DNA of 64,000 bases, taken from positions 62,001 through 126,000 of the forward strand of contig NW_003314273.1 of the NCBI RefSeq assembly GCF_000143415.4. The letters run 5' to 3'. Below the pieces are notes generated by a model that was given only the letters and a program-made list of their open reading frames with translations, was not told where the DNA came from and ran no database searches. Source of the DNA: Selaginella moellendorffii (Eukaryota; Plantae; Lycopodiophyta). Shown piece after piece: positions 47,961 through 60,500 of this stretch; position 1 is the stretch's first letter, and each line of letters begins with the position of its first letter. Made by a program: the position numbers and the translations under genes.

Positions 47961-49916
47961 CATCCCCCTTATCGGTTGAACAAAAAAGAACTCAAGGAGC
48001 TCAAACGCTAACTTGAGGAGTTGGTAGGAAAAATGTATGGTTGAGCAAGTCATAATATGGTGCATTGGTGTTATTTGAGAAGAAGAAAGATGGATTTATA
48101 TGTATGTGCATAGACTATCAATTGCTCAACAAATATATAAAGAAGAATAAATACCCTTTATCAATGATTGAGGACATATTCGATAGGTTAGGAAAGGCAA
48201 AATACTTTTCGAGGATCGACATAAGGTCAAGATACTACCAAATCAAGGTAGCAAAAGAAGATGTCGAGAAGACAAGTTATCAGACAAAGTATGAAAACTT
48301 TGAGTTTTTAGTGATGCCTTTTGTGTTGTGCAATGCAGTAGTAATGTTTTTAGTGCTAATGAGCCACATTTTTGTACCCTATCTGGATCATTTTGTGGTC
48401 GTCTACATTGACAACATCTTGATCTATAGTGAGATGCTAAAGGAGCATGCCGAACACTTAATGAAAGTGTTTGAGAAATTAAAGAAACACTAGTTATATG
48501 CTAAAGAGAGTAAATATGACTTTGCTCAACAAGAGGTAAAGTTTTTCGGGCATATAGTGGGCAAGGATAGGTTCAAGGTGGATCCTAAGAAGGTCCAAGC
48601 GATCCAAGAATGGGAATAACTATCAAATATACATGAGTTAAGGGCATTCTTGGGGTTATGCAACTACTACTGAAAGTTTATTAAACACTATTCAAGAGTA
48701 GCCTTGCCTTTAACGGACCAAACGGGAAAAGGAAAAATGGTATGGATAGTGGAATGCGAGGCAACATTTGTCCACCTCAAAGAGAAGTTGGGAACAGCTT
48801 CTATGTTGGCATTACTAGACTTTGATAAGGACTTTGAGGTAAAAACGGATGCTTCAAACTTTGCATTGGGTGCAATTTTGAAGCAAAACAACCATTTAGT
48901 AATGTTCTTTTCAAAGAAGTTAAATAAGGCTTAGCAAAAGTTGCCTACCCATGAGAAGGAATTGTTTTCAGTGGTTAAAGCACTCAAGGAGAGGCAACAC
49001 TACCTTGGGAGACACTTCAAAGTTTACACGGATAATATGGCAACGAAACACTTCTTATCACAGCCCGACCTGAGAGGGAAATAGGGTCGGTGGGCCAATG
49101 CTTTGGCCAAGTTTGATTGCGAGATTTTATATAAACTTGAGAAAAACAACATTGTGGTGGATGCTCTAAGTTGAAAAGCAAGCTTGAAGTTGGCGATATC
49201 TAGTGCGATAACAACCTTTTGGGATGATGTGCGGATAACGTATAAGAACGATGGTGTAGCACAAGAACTGTTGCTAAGGAACCAAGAGGTGCGGGAAGCT
49301 TACTAGAGAGGTGAGCTGCTAATGAAAGAGAAAACAGATTATGTGGAACGCAATGAACTTATATATTATAAACAAATGAAGGTGTATATTCAAGAAGGGG
49401 AACTAAGGAAGGTAACTTGAGAAGAGTGTCATGATAAACCTCTTGCAGGACATAGTAGAGTGCCTAAGATGATGGGTTTACTTAAAAGGAAGTATCATTG
49501 GCTAGATATGGCTAAGGATATCCAAGACTATGTAAAGACATGTCTAACATGTTAGTAGGTCAAAGCTATGACTGAGGCTAGTGGGGACTTGTTACAAAGC
49601 ATTCTAATTCCAGATTGTCTGTAGAAATGTTTTACAATAGACTTCATCACAGAACTCCCCCAAAGCGAGGGGTTTGATGTGTAGTTCGTGGTGGTGGACT
49701 GGTTTTTGAAGATGGCACATTTTATACCCACCACAACAGAAGTGGATGTGGAAGGTGTGGCAAAGTTGTTCTTTGAGCAAGTGGTTCAAGTGCAGGGAAG
49801 GCCAGAAAAGATTATTTCAAATCAAGATAAAATTTTCACCAGTAAGTTCTGGAGAACTCTTCTAGAACAGTATTGCACCAAGTTGAAATTTAGCACAATC
49901 TATCACCCACATACAG

Positions 49917-49963
49917 GTATTGGGTATTAAGTCAAGTTTGAGGGCACTAACACTTCTTGACAG
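49917..49963 (+). other. Putative spliceosomal intron 1 in integrase (47 nt)
   Basis: GTATTG...CACTAAC...TTGACAG; removal restores ACA G|AT GGA CAA ACT GAA = T-D-G-Q-T-E. Confidence 0.85.
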
Positions 49964-50380
49964 ATGGACAAACTGAAAGGGTGAATAAGTAGCTAGAGGA
50001 TTATTTGCGATTTAATGTCTCCTGATACCAGACTGATTGGGTAAATCATTTGGGACTTGCAAAAATGTGCTATAACAACTCACCATATTCGAGTATTAGG
50101 GTGAGTTTATGGGAAGTCATCAATGGGCGAGCTATTGAAGGTCTTGTGGAACTCGGCGTGACCGAGTATCATGGAGAGTTATTCACAATGAAGACATTCA
50201 TAGCGGAAAGACTCAACATTTGGAATCTAGTGAGGGATTCCTTAGAACAGGCTTAACAAAAGCAAACCAAGTATACAAACCAGAAGCTCAAGATATAGAG
50301 TTCCAACCTGAGGAAAAGGTGTAATTGAACACCAAGAACCTAAGGCTACCAAGTGGGATTAGCCGAAAGCTGACCCAAAG

Positions 50381-50432
50381 GTAAAAATGCATGTATTTCT
50401 AGAAATGAACTGATCTTGAGTTCTTTAAGCAG
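50381..50432 (+). other. Putative spliceosomal intron 2 in integrase (52 nt)
   Basis: GTAAAA...AACTGAT...TTTAAGCAG; removal restores CAA AG|G TTT GCG GGG CCT TAC = Q-R-F-A-G-P-Y. Confidence 0.85.
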
Positions 50433-51099
50433 GTTTGCGGGGCCTTACGAGATTGAGGCACAAATTGGTAAGGTGGTTTATTGCCTTTGACTTCCTCAAG
50501 AGATGGGGAAGATGCACTATGTGTTTCATTTGAACTTACTCAAGTCGTACTTTAAGGATCCGCTTCATAAGGACTAAATAAGACTTTTACCTAAGGTTAT
50601 TTAAGGGGAAGAGGAATACGAAGTCGAAGCCATCCTTAATGCATGCAAAAGCAAGCAATAAGGATGCGAGGTAAGGGAGTTCCATATGAAGTGGAAAGGA
50701 TTTCCATACTGTGAAGTAACATGGGAACCGAAAGAGAATTTAGCGAATGCATGAGACCTAGTGGAGGAATTTTTGCAAGGTAAAACTCTATGTACTTATG
50801 CAAAATTCAATTAAAGAATTTATTTAAGGAATTGAGCAATATCATATGTTGGGACCTGAAGGCACACCAAAAGTAAGCTAATTAGTATGGGTTAGCTAGG
50901 TTGACCATATGTAGGAAACTATGCCTAACTCCCCACGGGGATGTTGAATCCATAGACGTATTTTACGGAGGTTGGATTCGAGTTTCGACCCTCTAGTAAG
51001 CAAGGCTGGGTTCAAGTCCCAACCCCATATTAAGAGTGGTGAGGGGAGGGGTATAGGGACACCTATATTCCGTTGTCATGGGCTTTGGCCGAGAAGGCT

Positions 51100-51392
51100 A
51101 ACTTACCACTAGAGAATTCCTTCAAGAGTGGTTTCTAGACTTCACTATCCCTACTATACTTTTGGAACCCCTTACACTCCCCCCCCCCTCCCCCTAGGAG
51201 ACACACACGTATCTCGAACTCGGTCTCACACTCAGTCTCGGACTTGATTTCGAACATGGTCTCGAACTCGGTCTTAGAGTCAATTTCAGACTCAATCTTG
51301 GACTCAATCTCATCTAATGAACTCTTTATCATTTTGGTCGTGCTTTCGGGGATCCTTTACCTTTTGACATCTCGGGAAGTTGGTTCCTTATA
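51100..51392 (-). mobile_element. Family B LTR fragment with degenerate 12-bp array and G-tract
   Basis: Reverse complement of ~17054-17500; preceded on - by the purine-rich GGGTGGTGGAAT. Confidence 0.8.
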
Positions 51393-51399
51393 ATTCCAC

Positions 51400-54300
51400 C
51401 ACCCATAGAAAAAGATGGATGCCCACATTAAACACCTCTTTTTAATTTTACAACTTGTCGACCATGTCTCCGGGGGCATCCCCCACTTAGCAACTTTCTA
51501 ATTTAGAGTCTCATTAGATCATTAGTGGTAGTTTTTTATTTTTGTTCATTTAATTTTTTCTAAACCCATTAGAGACACTTTCTCTATTTCAATTTAACTT
51601 CTCATTCTGGAGTAGTCTTGGCCTTTACCAACATTACTATCACATTCTAAAACTTTAATATTAACATCTTGAGTGAATTTCCTAGGTATATCCAATATCT
51701 TGCATTGCACTAATTATGTAAATACCACTTCCCTACCCTAGGAAGTTTTTTACTTGAGGGCACCATCATCCTTTCTTTTATTACATGCCACCCTTGGCAC
51801 TAAGTTCCATTTATTCATAATTTGTACTAAAGCCATCTATGACCTTATCATTTGATTATTTTGCTGTTCCCTCCCCTGGAGCTTTCACTTTCACGAAATT
51901 GAAATATTTGAGAATCCATCTTTGGAAAAAAAAAAAATTTCTACAATCCGTTAGCATCCAACACTTGAGTGTTCTTTGTATAACTTTGCCATTTGGATTT
52001 CTTCCAATGGTTCCATAGCATATTTTTGGCCATTGATCTTTTGCTCTTATCTTTTGATTGTTGCATAAAGTAACATAAAATCATTACCTCTATCCTTAAA
52101 GTATCCTTTTGGTTTCATAGCAAAAGCTTTATTTTACCAAATTCAAAAGGTGTTCACCCCTAATAAGTCTCTTTATCATTTTTTATTGTGTGTCTATCCA
52201 CGACCCAAATTTGTGACCCTCCTATGGGTCTTTCTTAGAAACTACTTCCTTGGACTTACAATATCATTACATTGTCATAGATCATTTCCTTTATATGTCC
52301 TTTCCACTTATCACTATGATCCATTACCAATAGTTTAAATTAACACTTTGAATTAGGAACTTTATTCTTTAACCTTACAAAGACTTTATCCTTATTTAGC
52401 CATAAGATTATATAGTGATCTAACCTTAACACTTTAATAGGTTGTTAATAGGTACTAGGTCTTCTAGACCTTTAAGTTGTTGACCATAACCTCGAGGGCA
52501 TCCCCTACACTTAGTAGTGTGCCCAAGCCAACCCTTTTAGGAAAAGGGTTTATAGCAATTGAGTTTGGGTGTCCCAATCTCATTCACTACGTTTTTTGTG
52601 CTATTTATACCAAAGTGTTCAAATTAAATATGTCAAACTTTCACACTAAGTAATCTAACTATGCATCATGACTTCGAGGCATCCCTTGCTTGGTGTGTGC
52701 CCAAGCTAGCCTCCATACTAAGAGTCCATAACCATCACCAAATGAGTGTCTTCATATTCCAAATTATCACTATACCCTAGTGAGTTGGGACTTGAACTCA
52801 AACACTAGAGAGCTAGGATTCAAACTTAACCTCCACATATATATATTTATGGGTGGCATCACCAAGGATGCTTAGTGTGACTCCCCATGTTGGTGCATTA
52901 ACCTGTATCTAAAGCACGTTATAGATCACAATTTAAGAACTTAGTTCCTCCGAATTACAAAGTCCTCTTACTTGACAAATCTGTGATTATGCATGAACTC
53001 CTCATGCTTGGCCCCATACACCTTCAAATAGGGTCTTTGTTCCCCTAACTTGCCAATCTCACTTAACAAGTCGATCAGTGTAATATGGTTTTATGCATAA
53101 GTATGTAAGTCCTCAACCATTGACTTTTGTTCAAAGCCATCACTTTGAACACTTGGGAACTACTTTCTCAATTTTGATAGCCTCGCCTCATGGCAAATTT
53201 CAAAACCATATTTCTACTGTGCCACTCTGATTTTGTGCGTTACTATAAACCATTTACACTTATCTTTTTAGCTACTAACCTATTTAAAATTATCTTTAAG
53301 AACCTTGAAGGGACTTTGTTCTTTAGTTTGCTAAGGCATTTCCTTTTGCAAGCTTTGTAATTGTTATATAGTTTAACATAGACAATTTTATACTTTAAAC
53401 TCTCTATGGCATCATAGTTGCTAGTAACAACACCTTCGAGCACTTATTTGATTTTTCACTCATAACTTGTATAACCACTATTAGCTATTTCTGACAATTT
53501 CTGTAGTTTGATTTTATCCTTTTATTACTTGTTTTTAGCATTACATGTTCACTTTAGCTATTTTCCTCCCAACTTCTTAGGGTAGCTTACCATTCCTTAG
53601 CAAATATTCTTAGAGATGAACCTACTTAATGATTTAGGGAGTGGTTTTTTAAACTGAATATGCTCATCATGTAATCCTACACACCAGGATTAATATCGCT
53701 ATACATAGGCCTCTTTATGCCCATTGCTAGCTATGATAAAATTATTTTGGCTTTATCCACTTTTGATAGTCAAATTTACTTTGTCTTTAGCTTTTGTTAA
53801 CCTTGGATATTGGATAGCACCTTCTATCCATTCTTCTTTAGAGACTTTGTCCTCTGGGCCTTATCTAATGCCCCTGTAACACTTAAACACCACCTCTTTG
53901 GTGTTTTAAAAAGTGCTTATATATTTCCTTGATGGACTTCCTTAGCATTAAGTATTTCCTATTGATATTGAAACATAAGCATATAACATCCCTTAAGGGA
54001 TGTATTTAACCTTCTTCTTATCCAACTAAAAAGTCTTTGTGGAAGTTAGTTTCCACTTTTCCAACAAATCATTCCCAACCTTTGTTTAGTTGCTTCATAA
54101 GTATCATGTCCTACAATTCATTGTTGGTGCTTTTGTGCCTTTATCAATACTCAATACAAACACATGAATACAAACATACAAATGCCAACCCCATTTCCAT
54201 TGGGGTTCCCTAGGCAAAGGGTTCTTATGAACTTATTAACTTGACCTCAAGACATCATCCCTTGCGACACTTGGGTTTTTCACCCTATTGACTCAATGAG

Positions 54301-56192
54301 CTTACTCTCATGACACTTCTCACTTGTGTCTAAGTTTTGTCAAAACTAAAGCAATCATTTTTTATACCAACTATTGATTAGCATTGCTTTATATTGTTTA
54401 CATACAACTCTACACCAAAGTTGCTTTTTTCTGGGAATACAAATAATATACAACTTTATACCAAAGTTACTTTTTTCTGGGAACACCTTTCCCATAATTT
54501 TAGTATGACATATTTTGGGATCAATGAGATATTCACTATTCTCATATTTAGATCTCATAATCCTTCGTAAAGTACAATACACTTTAATCCAAATGCTTCC
54601 ACCAATCCTTAAGACCATTCATTGACTAATTCCATAGGTCCTAGCCTTATGGCTACTTTTGAGGTGCTAGCTTGTTAGAATATCACTTCTTGTATTCTTG
54701 TCCTACTTACAAGGACTATATTTGCAAATGTTATTCTAACACTTGATTATTCTTTATTCCATATTGTCCTAATTATATTTGTTTACCACAACCATATTAG
54801 TTAGTTTGCTAAGTTAAATGTGTAAACTCCTGAATTTGGACCTCCCGGGAGATCACCCAACTTAGTACTATTCAAACCCAAGGATACTTAACCCCAAATA
54901 TCCCAAAACCTTTAACTAATTGGAAAAGAGGATGCATTTTTGTTCATAGGCCCTTTCCTTTTATATTGAACCCTTATGAATCGTTTTTCAAGTCATTCTC
55001 TTTAGTTGCTTACAAAATGCTCATTTGGATCACATTCTCAACTCTCTGAGAAAAACTTTATACTATTCCCAAAATCCCAAAGTCGTTCTTTTATTGGCCC
55101 TTTTCTATCCATCATATTACCTATATGTTCCGGTATAAACTAAAGTGGAGAGTCATACCATCTCAATATGCTACTTCTCGAAGATAGACCCACTCTTAGG
55201 GCCTTATGATGCCAATATGAGTGGTAATATACTCAAACACTAATAAGAGTTGGATTAAGGAATAGCTCTAATACTAAGTTATAAGTGACTAAATTTTCTA
55301 TTATATTTTAGTCACTTAATCACACTTTCGACCATTTGAAAAAGTTTCACTCACAACCTCCATAAGTTCTGAGTGCTTTATATATCTAATCTTATGATCA
55401 ACACCCCAAATATATTACCAACATATCAGCCTTTTATGCTAAAGTTATGTCCATTTACTTTTGTCTTATTGGTAGTCCTAAACCACCCATGCCATAATCT
55501 CATCTCTCAAAGACTAAGCCATCTGTCCATGAGTGGTCATTCCAAAACCACTCCTTAACATCTTTAGGATGCCTAAAGATATAAAGAATAACATTCTCTA
55601 ACATCCTTGTTTTGGTCCCATTAAATCTTTCTCCATCCCTAATCATGTTCACCAACACTACCATTGGGTTAGGGTCCGAATGCCTAACCACTACATCCTA
55701 TTGACCTTTAGGACTTTTTTGCCATATGACTACATCCTTGGTCACTACACAAGAGGATTATTCCTTTTTATTTCCACAATTTAGGATTTTGAGATAACAT
55801 TTTGAAACACCATGGACCTATATAAGCCTTATGAATACTCTCCCCACTTTTTGCCTTTGGGTGCTCTAGCCATGTGGGTAGAATGAGGTTTTGATAAGCC
55901 ATACCAAGTATCCAAATAGATAGTCCCACCTACACTTGGATTGGGAGTATCAACCATTTAATCTCCCAAAAGAGCTAAAATTGACTCTTGAACACTTCAC
56001 TAAGTTACCCCACTTGTCCATCTATATTCACTTCAATTTTGGACTCTTCAGTGGTTATATCATCCCCGCTCTCAATTTTCCATGTTGAAGCTTTTGATCT
56101 AAATATGTTATACTTGTTAGACTTCCATTTTGACTATTACCATGTGGCATTCTTTCAGCTCCACTTTGGGGCACAAGGATTTGTGTCTCATA
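51400..56192 (-). mobile_element. Old, heavily decayed LTR element: family C LTR 55280-56192, degenerate Met PBS ~55265-55276, unrecognisable internal region
   Basis: LTR is collinear with the reverse complement of 40080-41761 (with deletions); TAGTATTAGAGC is a decayed TGGTATCAGAGC; assignment of the internal region is inferred. Confidence 0.65.
54821..55014 (-). mobile_element. 194-bp solo LTR carrying a 5S rRNA fragment (Cassandra-like)
   Basis: TG..CA termini, 5-bp TSD AAATG. 54838-54892 on - reads GTTAAGTATCCTTGGGTTTGAATAGTACTAAGTTGGGTGATCTCCCGGGAGGTCC, similar to the 5S A-box/IE/C-box region. Confidence 0.88.
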
Positions 56193-56510
56193 GGGAGATG
56201 GTAAAGTGAAAAACTGTGTAATTATATACTATAGAAGCTAGAGATAATAACATATCAAGGATGGCTATAGCACCAATATGATCACACCCTATAGCATAAA
56301 AAGTTTGATCCAATGAGTAGCATTAACAAGCTAAAGTGATATAGTCCTTGATTAATGACAACATGATATAGTAAAGAAGACAATGCAATGGAAGATTAGA
56401 AGAAAGAGTAGATTTAAATACAGTGATAGTTAGAATTCTAGATCTTACAAAAAGCTAATACTCTTTCAGAATATTCCTGCCCCACTCGTCAGCCATGAGA
56501 ATCGAACTGG

Positions 56511-56596
56511 GCTCCGATACCAAATGTAAGCGTCCTTGGGTTTGAATAGTACTGGGCTGGGTGACCTCCTGGGAAGTCCAAACTCAGAAGCTTACA
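56511..56596. mobile_element. 72-bp mini-LTR made almost entirely of 5S internal-promoter sequence, next to a Met-type PBS on the opposite strand
   Basis: TGTAAGCGTCCTTGGGTTTGAATAGTACTGGGCTGGGTGACCTCCTGGGAAGTCC...GCTTACA (56525-56596); GCTCCGATACCA at 56511-56522. Confidence 0.8.
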
Positions 56597-56683
56597 TTTA
56601 AGTCTAGATTTAAAAGAGAATGAAGACAAATGTGTAAATGGATATGCTATAGTACTATAATTAGTGTATTACTTAGCCAGGGT

Positions 56684-56686
<3 letters not shown>

Positions 56687-56752
<66 letters not shown>
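56687..56752. repeat. Compound (AC)n(AT)n microsatellite
   Basis: Directly visible. Confidence 0.98.
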
Positions 56753-56757
<5 letters not shown>

Positions 56758-56897
56758 TTAAAAATGTATATTAGTGAAATTGAGAAAAATAAAAATTGTA
56801 TAATTTTATGTATAATAACATTATCTTAATAAATTTTAACATAATATGAAATAAAATCTATAATAATTATTTAAATAATAATAAAACTATATTAATA

Positions 56898-56998
56898 CTT
56901 AATTAACTTCTAGGTTTAACTTCTAATTAACCTCTAATTAACTAATTAACTTCTAATTAACTAATTAGCTTCTAATTAACTTCTAGGTTAACTTCTAA
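56898..56998. repeat. AT-rich short tandem repeat (TAATTAACTTC-like)
   Basis: Repeating ttaacttcta(a/g) units. Confidence 0.8.
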
Positions 56999-57545
56999 AA
57001 CTTAATATTAATAATGAAAATAAAGTTTCTAATTTATGAAAAACCTTATAACTTAGTTTAGTTTGTGCTGCTCTATTGGCTAAAAAGTGTTTTTATTTTA
57101 ATAAATGGTAAGACTATCAACTTTTTTTGTCCTAAGTATTCATAAATTCATTTTCATTTGATAGTAATTTCCCCAAAAAATTAATATATTTAATTTTTAG
57201 TAAATGTTTTAACACTTAAAATATATTTAGAATTTTTAACCCAAATTTAAAATGGTATTTTATTCACGTATTCTATAAAATTAAAAAACAATGAATAGAT
57301 TCTCAGTAGTGGAGAAGGATGATACGTCTCTGTCAATGGACATGAATCATATAATCAATCAATAGAGCCTGCCACGATCGACAATGGAGAGAGAACAAGC
57401 TGGCATGAGGTCCAAGTCCTTTTCTCGGTCGTTCTCCATGGATGGATCGACTTTCCTTTGCTGAATCCTCTGTCTCCACTGCGCTCTTAAATAGTGATCG
57501 CTCCCTGCACGATCGTTCCACCACGATCTTAAATGAGCGAGTGGA

Positions 57546-60500
57546 TCACTCGGGTGAATTGCAAATCGAGGAGTGTTGTTGCTGTTGTTGTTGTTGCTGG
57601 CAGCACGAGGTCTCCTTCCTCCGGGGCATCGCCTCAGACAGCATTGTCACCACGTCGCGCATGGAGGGTCTCTCGCGGGGGAGTTTGCTCGTGCACAGCA
57701 GCGCAATCCGAAGCACCAAAACCATCTCTTCCTCCACCGATGACCCCGGGGCCGCGATGCTCGGGTCCAAGACGCTGTTCGAGACCTTGTGACTAGCCGG
57801 ATTGTTGCTGGTGGTGTTGCACTGGAGGATCTTGAGACGAACCCACTCGACAATGTTGACGTTGTCTCCAAACTCGGGCTCCACGGGACGCTTGCCTGTG
57901 AGGAGCTCGAGGAGAACCACGCCGAAGCTGTAGACGTCGCCCCTCTCGTCCACTCGCATCGTGTACGCATACTCTAGAAAAGGAAAGAACTAAAGGTTAG
58001 ATTTCAGAAAAAAATGCCTTGTTTAGGCATTTGCTGCAAACATAGCAGTTCTCCAGTAAAACATTCAACAGGAGCAAACATCTTTACAACCAGAAACTAT
58101 TTCAACAACACAAACATCTTCTACATGTATCCAACGCATGAATCTGGAAACGTCACAAACAAAACAATGTCCCGCTAGCAAACAATCATAGCAATCCATA
58201 TACCCAAAGAGGGCATAGCAAGAAAACGAAGCAAACTTAGAGCAAAGATCTTTCTCCTTACCTGGAGGAATGTAGCCATACGATCCGGCAACGACGGACA
58301 TGGGCTGATCGCTACACTCGACAAGCTTGGCTACCCCAAAGTCCGCCACCCGAGCCTCCATATCTGCATCGAGCAAGATGTTACTCGACTTCACGTCCCG
58401 GTGGACGATCTGCGGGAAGCAGTCATGGTGGAGGTAGCACAGCCCCTGTGCGATGCCCACCGCCACCTTGTACCGCGCGACCCAGTCCGCCAGCACGCTC
58501 CCGGCCTTCCCATGCAGCGCGTCACTCAGGCTCCCATTGGGCATGTACTCGTAGATGAGGAGGCTCGTGTCCCCGTTGGAGCAGTAGCCGAGCAGCCGGA
58601 CGATGTTGCGGTGCCGGATGCCGCCCAGGAGGTTCACCTCGGCCAGGAAGCCGCGCTGTACGTGGCCTGCGGTATCCTTCCTCGCGCTCGTGTTGAGCTT
58701 CTTTACCGCCAGGACCTCGCCGTTCTTCATCTCGGCCTTGTACACGGTCCCGGCGGCGCCCTTGCCGACGACGTTGCTGTCCGTGAGGCACTCGAGCACG
58801 TCGAAGGAAGTGTAGCCCAGCCGCTGGAACGCCGTGAGCTTCCACTCCAAGAGATTGAGATGGAGGTCGTGATCGCCTCCTTGCTTCTGCTGCTGCTGCT
58901 GCTTGATCGTGGCGATGGTGCCGCAGATCCACCGCCAGGAGATCGCCAAGACGCCCACGCTCGTCGCCACCACCAGCGCGATGATCCAGCCCAGCGTCTT
59001 CCCGTTGAGCCGGCTGTCCGGCCCCGGGGCGGCGGAGTCCGAGAAGAAGTCCGAGCCGCCGGCAGTACATGGCCGTTGCTCGGACAGTATACCGCCGCAC
59101 AGCCCCGGGTTGCCCGAGAAGGAGCTCGGGTTCTCCGTCCGGAAGATGCCCAGCGTGGGCATCTGGCCTGAGAGCTCGTTCTGGGACACATTGAAGCTCT
59201 CGAGAGTGTCCGATTCCTCGAGCACGCGAGGGATCGCGCCCGTGAGCTGATTCCGCGAGAGATCCACCGTAGCCAGCACTGGAAGCTCTGCTATGGCGCG
59301 CGGTATCTCCCCTGACAGCCGGTTACCGCTCAGGTCCACCGCAATCATCCTCTTGCAACCCGCGATCTCCTCCGGGATCGTCCCGGATAGGGCGTTGTCC
59401 GAGAGATCGAGCTTCTGCAAGCTCATAGCCTCGCCGATACCGCGCGGTATGACGCCGGACAGCCCGTTGCCGGCGAGGAAGAGCTCCTGGAGCTGCGGTA
59501 CTGTAAAGAGCCGCGGCGGTATACCGCCCGAGAGCCGGTTACCCGAGAGGTCGATCGAGGAGAGCAGCGGCGCGTCGGCGAGGGCGTCTGGGATCTCGCC
59601 CGAGAGGAGATTGTCCGCGAGCTCGAGCTTGTTGAGGCCGCGCATGGATCCAAACTCGCGCGGCACGGGGCCGGAGAGGCGGTTCTCGTGGAGCCGGACG
59701 CGCACGAGCTGCGAGCAATTGGAGAGATCCGGGATGGAGCCCGTGAGGCGATTCGCGAAGAACTCGAGCTTGACGAGTGATCCGCCGCGGCAGATCCCGT
59801 CGGGGATGGGGCCGGAGAGGCGATTGGAGGAAGCATCGATCCAGACGAGGCCTGGCGAGGATCCCAGCCCCGGCGGCAGCGATCCCGTGAAGGAGTTCGT
59901 GAAGATCTTGAGCACCTGGAGGCTGGGGAGGTCGCCGATGAATCGCGGCAGTGGGCCGGAGAGATCGTTGATCATGAGGTTGAGCAGCGTGAGGCGGTGG
60001 AGCGCCGCGAAGGAATCCGGGATTGGGCCGGAGAGGCTGTTGTTGCTAAGATCCAGGGACATGAGCTCGCCCATGGCGCCCATGGAGGAGGGCAAGGGCC
60101 CCGAGAGCCTGTTCTGGAAGAGGAAGGTCGTGTTGCAACGCGAGAGATTGCCGATGCTGGGAGGGATCGCGCCGGAGAGATTGCATCGTTCCAGGCTGAG
60201 GTAGCGGAGCTCGCCAAGATCGCCGATGGAGTCCGGGATCCTGCCCGAGAGGAAGGGATTGTAGCTCAGCTGGAGTACCTGGAGCGCCGAGAGCTTGCCG
60301 ATGGAGGCCGGGATCTCGCCCGTGAGGGCATTGCCCGAGAGGCGGAGCAATCGCAGGGATTGCAAGGCCGTGAGCTCGCCAGGGATCGCGCCATCAAAGT
60401 AGCTCCCGCCGAGATCCAGGTGCTCCAGCGCGCTCGCGCCGCCGAGAGCCGGGGGGATCGCGCCCGAGAAATTGTTGTTGTAGGCGCGGAGGAATCGCAG

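Larger units (their letters stand above)
47965..50830 (+). mobile_element. Chromovirus-type Ty3/gypsy pol remnant (RT-RH-INT-chromodomain) with intron-like insertions in INT
   Basis: MCIDYQLLN, FVVVYIDNILIYS, FEVKTDASNFALGAIL, HHCC region, YHPHT|DGQTERVN, KLTQR|FAGPY and chromodomain EEYEVEAIL...MKWKGFPYCEVTWEPKENL; scattered nonsense codons. Confidence 0.93.

Noticed and set aside
56525-56596. Functional 5S rRNA gene
   Set aside because: Only ~55 nt of the internal control region is present, inside TG..CA LTR-like termini.
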